Shown here: one piece after another, positions 59,131-64,000 of the stretch
Layout: every line of letters begins with the position of its first letter
How positions within the stretch are numbered: the stretch's first letter is position 1
NCBI GenBank assembly: GCA_048013815.1
Contig: CM106586.1
Coordinates: 18,228,001 to 18,292,000 of the forward strand
Direction: 5' to 3'
Origin: Setoptus koraiensis
Taxonomy: Eukaryota; Animalia; Arthropoda
DNA: 64,000 nt
The notes under the pieces: generated by a model
Told to the model about the DNA's origin: nothing
Database searches by the model: none
What the model saw: the letters and a program-made list of their open reading frames with translations, nothing else
Translations under genes and position numbers: made by a program

Positions 59131-61739
59131 AAGGTCTCAGCGAGCAGATCAAGTGATGTTGCAGTTGAGCTCGCCGTCTGACCATACTGAAACAGTTATC
59201 CGTTTGTGTGTGTGTGTGTGTGTTGCAGCTCAACTGGATATTGGGACCAACTTTGTTGGCTTGTCTCGCTAACGTGTGCGTGTATTTACGACTGCCCGTT
59301 TTTTCGTTCGAAGCGCTGCAAGCTGCGAAGGCAGCTCCAATTGCGAACGAAGCCAATTTAAAGAGAATGAGCCGAGCTTTCAGTTGGTTAGTTAGTAAGC
59401 CCGATCATGATCATCTGCTGTCGCTCACTATTCGCTTGCTTGCTGTCTAGTGGTCATTTCGTTTTTAAGTCTGTCCTGAACTGAACTGTGTGTTACATAA
59501 TAGCAATAGAATTGTTACGCAATCATCATCATAATTCTATGCTTGAGGAGGATGGAGTTTGCGATTTGAATTATCTTCTCTGTGTGTTTCGTCGGTCGTT
59601 GTCTCTTGTTGCTGTTGTTGCTGTGACTTAGCACAAGTTGTTGCAGTTGCAGTTGCTGTTGCAGCAAGCTGACAAACCGCAACCACAAGGCAAACACCAT
59701 CGACGACGACGACAAGACAGCACACACATGCCAACAACAACAACACCACCAACAACGACAACGACACCAACACCAACAACAACAACAACAACAAGTTGAA
59801 GCAACATGAATGGAATTGTCAACAGCATCTTTGTGTAGCAGTTTTAACAGCGGTTGTTGTGCAAATATGTTGTGAGCCAGAATAGTCCAGAAAGTGTCCT
59901 GTTGTGTATGGTAAACGACAAGCGACGAGTCGAGATTCATCATCATGTCGAAACATATAAAAATGTTTAAATTTGCAGCAAACATTCTTTAAATTATACT
60001 AACTAACTAACTATTTGAGAAGCACTTTACATGTATATATATATATACTGTGACATCCCATTTATTAAGGCTCTGAGAAGAAAGAAAAGGTACCCATTAG
60101 CCAGAAATTGAGTCGCTCGGGCGGCCATTCATCAAGTGCAACCAACTCAAACTAGAGCAACTGCTGAATTAATTAACTGTTTGTCCACCTGTAAAAGAAT
60201 ACACTGTGTGCCGAGCGCTTAGCCGACAGTGCACTGACCATCGCCAGATCGTATAATTATTGTCTACTTGCTGATACACGTGTGTTGATGTCACCATTTT
60301 GTATTTGAAGAAGCAGTTTTAATGAAAAATAATTAAACACACACACACACACACACAAGTCGAGAGTCACGGCTAATCCAAATTGGTTTAGATCGGTTGG
60401 TGCTGTTTCTAATCTAGGCAGAGGAAAAAAATTATCAAAGTCAAAGCGAGTCGTTGGACGTCGCAAGTCATTGGCATTGTTTGTGTTTGTGTATACAGGT
60501 GACTTCACTTTCGACAACAACACCACCAACAAAGACAACAACGACAACAACGGCAACAACAACAACACCGACAACAACGACAACGAGATCCGTCGGCAGC
60601 ACAAGTGTCATCGATTGCGGACAACAACACAGTTTGAGCTCACAATCAATTGTTTTGTCTCATGTGTCACACCGATACTTGTGGTGTGAGAACTTCAAAT
60701 TAAGAAATTGACTGTCAGCAACTGTCAGTGTCACCAGTTTAGCCGTTAGCTGTGTCGCCTTGTGATCGATTGATGCTATAACATGAGCATTTCACCGCTA
60801 CAAACAACAACAACAACAACAGTATAGACAGAATCACCAATCATCCAATTTCCTGTTGCCCTGTTGTTATTGCGCAGATTGTCTTGTTGATCGCAATTGG
60901 CGACACACATTCCGCTGACTTGTGAGTGGGAATCGGCAGCCACGACAATTCACCTGTGCAACAATTGTGACATTGTTAACTGTCTCAACTGTGTGTGCCA
61001 TCGCAGCAAGTACAAAAATACACCCGACAAAACACGGCAAGACACGTCGTTTATTTTAGTAAATATGCCCAAAAAGTAAGTAGAATTGTGCTCACAATTG
61101 TCACCAAGTGAAATGTAGATCGGCGGCCAGCGCGCCGGTTTGCGACTGGCGGCTGAAGCGCCAACTGCGATCACATCAACCAGTATCAGATGAACCAGTA
61201 TCAGATCAACCAATATCAGACAATAAGAACAAATCAGATCAACCGATATCAGATGATCCAACCAAATCGGACCAAACTCACTTTTCGAAGCGCACATTTC
61301 GAAGCGCAGATCTCTGTCGCTTGGCCGCGGGCTCATCCGGCGAGCCATTGCGCGCCGTCAGTGTGGCCAACAAGCCCTCACACCGTTGAGCGAAACAGGA
61401 TGTCGGCTGTGAATTGCGGTGTGTCGTTTGCATGTCGTCGTGGTTGCATGCCGGCGTGTTTGCATGAGCCATCGGTGAGTGCGTTCGGCGGTGCGAGATA
61501 ATTTCAAACTTGTCACCGCATGATTTGTATACTTTGCCGCTGTGACGAATTTGGCGCCGATTGTATGCGAGTGCAGTGGTAATTGTGATTGTAGGCGCAA
61601 ACAGAAAAACAATCCGATCGTCGATGCAAGAAAAACAATGAAACAAGAGCGAAAGTTCAATTGTTGCGACGCCTCTATTTATTATCGGCCGTTTATTCGC
61701 AAAGCTTGTCGCAAAGTAGAGCTGTTGCGCTGGCTGACG

Positions 61740-62965
61740 CTTCGCTGGCGACAACAAGACTTTCGCTGGCGACAACAAGACTTTCGCTGGGCTGTCGCTC
61801 GTCGGTTGCCGCTGTCGGCGAGCTCGGCGTTCGTCGTTCGTCGGCGAGCTCGGCGTTCGTCGGTTGTCGGCGAGCGACAAGAGACACATGTTTGCGGTGT
61901 TGCTCATGATTGGCCATGGCTTGCGGTTTGCCAGTTGCGCAACAAGACTCTCGCTGCCAGAGCCACAAGAGCGATATACTTTTTATCAGTCATTCATAAC
62001 TTTGCGCCACCGACTTTGTGACTTTGTGTTGCTGACTTCGCGTTGCTGACTCGAAGTAACGGACTCGACGTAACGGACTCGACGTAACGGACTCGGCGCA
62101 ACGGACTCGGCGCAACTGACTCGGTGTCGCCAACTGCACAACTGGCTGCGCCAAGCTGCGCCACAGCAAGTTGTGCAGTTGGCAGTTATGTAACAACTGC
62201 ATGTTGCCGCAATTGTTGCATAACAATATAACGGTTATGTATATGAGGCCACAAGCAGCGATCGATATTACATCATAGTATCATGTATCATAGTATCATG
62301 TATCATAGTATAGATATATATAGATGGATTTAAATTGACACTGCTCGTCAGTGGCCAGTGTGTGCGTCTGACAAGAATAATAATAAGCAGTGAGCGTCTT
62401 GTCGGCTGCTTGTGTTTTTGGCCCATCGTCTCATTGCGTCATCGTCTCATTGCATCATCGTCTCATTGCATCATCGTCTCATTGCATCATGGTCGCTGCA
62501 TATGGATACTGCATATAAAGGCATGGATATGGCGTGGATATGGCGTGGATATGGCGTGGATGTGGCGTGGATGTGGCGTGGATATGGGCCAGAGTGCGGC
62601 GCAGAGAGCCGACGGCAGCCAGTTTGCGCTCGAAGCTAGGTGGCCCGAGACAGGTTATTATTGGTGCAGCGGGCAGCGGGCGGCAAGCGGCAAGCAGCCC
62701 GAAGCCTGCAACAGGTACACAGGTAACTCACCATCAATCATCGGTGCGGAGGGGCATCCACGGCGCAAAGTAGAAGTAAAACTAGACTTTTGAACAAACC
62801 TGACGAGTGCTGTTTTGCTGGTCGGTATCGCAGCGACGACACGGCCGCGGACAAACAGATAGCCGGCTCGCGAGATATCCAGCCGAAGAGATAGTCTCAC
62901 TGGCCGGCCGAAGAGACGCTGAGATGGCCGGCCGAAGAGACGCTGAGATTGCCGGCCGAAGAGAT
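61740..62965. repeat. Cluster of unrelated short tandem repeats (11-24 bp units, 2-6 copies each)
   Basis: CTTTCGCTGGCGACAACAAGA (61740), GTAACGGACTCGAC (62056), ATCATAGTATCATGT (62272), CATCGTCTCATTGCAT (62425), GGATATGGCGT (62524), GGCCGGCCGAAGAGACGCTGAGAT (62901). Confidence 0.85.
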
Positions 62966-64000
62966 GCGACAGTGCGCAGAGACGCACAGGCGAGGGCAGA
63001 GATGATAAAACGAATTCGAGATAAAACGAAACGAAACGACACAGGGGCCATCACAGAGATAACGGTCGCATCAATTCGGAGACACACAGCCGATGGCTGG
63101 GCTGGCTTAATTAGCGAGCGCCTGTAATAAGCATGCTAATGGGTAATGCGCAAATGAAACATGCAACATTACGATGGCATGTATGTTAATTAGCGAGCGA
63201 GCCGCTTGTTGCTGTCGGTGTGTGTGTGTTATCATACAGTGTAAAGATTGCGTCAGTTGTTGCGATTACGTCAGTTGCCCCTGTTGTTGTACTACAACAG
63301 TTGTAGAGAGTGTGTGTGTGTGTAATTAAGCGGCACATTGCAACACTAATCAGGATTTGCTTGTTGTCAGCTGGAAGTGCGCTCTGATTTATTAATGAAA
63401 CCTCCATTAGCGCGATCTCTCACGACTATTACGAGGCCACCGGTCAGCCGACTGGCCGGCCGTTGGCCAACTGCCCGCTGCCCGCTGCCCGCTGCTCACT
63501 GCTCACTGCCACCGAGCGGCCACCGAGCGGCCACAACACGCCGACAGGTGAGCGGATCCGTCTGATCTGGATCAATTCACAGCTGATATCAGGCCAATTG
63601 TGAGCGTTCACAGGCCGCCAGCGAAAGTGCGCATGCCATCGGATGTTTGTTTGCAAAGAAGAGCCGACTTGGCGTGCCGAGGGCCCGGGGCTCAACGGAC
63701 AACACCCAGGCTCACCTTTGCTGTGACTCACGGCCTGACAACGCTCGAGCCCAATGGAAGGCGCTCGAGCTGCTCGCTGAACGCAAGGCGAGCGTCCGAG
63801 GCGAATTATCAGAGTTATCAGAGGCGAACTGTCAGATGATCCGACAAAAGGCAAATACTGGCAAGTCAAACAGCGGCCGATACGAGCAGCCAACGGCGTG
63901 GACAATGGTCAATCGCCAGTGGCCAGCCGTTACACGTTGCATGTTTGTGTCAGAGCGAGTGCTGGCGTCGGACAGGTGCGACAACAGTTGGCTACCTGTT

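Noticed and set aside
59340-60720. Possible promoter, 5'UTR exons and CAA-rich ORFs (59515, 60454, 60471)
   Set aside because: Low-complexity ORFs with no domain; no downstream coding exon identifiable within the window.

Overview
Eukaryotic genomic DNA with short GT-AG introns. Gene content (BiP, masquerade, mite-style gustatory receptors, Kunitz, Tc1, copia) points to an arthropod, most plausibly a compact-genome acariform mite (inference). The flanks (1-~2.6 kb and ~44-64 kb) are GC-richer and full of microsatellites and poly-Gln/Asn coding runs. They carry a five-exon, ~2,869-aa masquerade-like serine-protease homolog and a secreted DM4/DM12-like protein. The AT-rich core (~2.7-44 kb) holds BiP, a rhomboid protease, a tandem array of 3-exon gustatory-receptor-like genes (4 intact plus relics, one with a captured Psc/BMI1 RING fragment), Tc1 and copia remnants and a long inverted repeat. 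It also holds three copies of a ~3-4 kb cassette arranged around a trypsin with a large basic insertion and an intronless TSR1. The best hidden signal is a 2-exon secreted Kunitz inhibitor (P1 Leu), missed by the ORF track. It lies upstream of the Ser189 (chymotrypsin/elastase-type) protease in cassettes 1 and 2 and is cleanly deleted from cassette 3, suggesting a co-duplicating protease-inhibitor module. Exon boundaries were derived by hand from splice signals and reading-frame continuity; no database searches were run.
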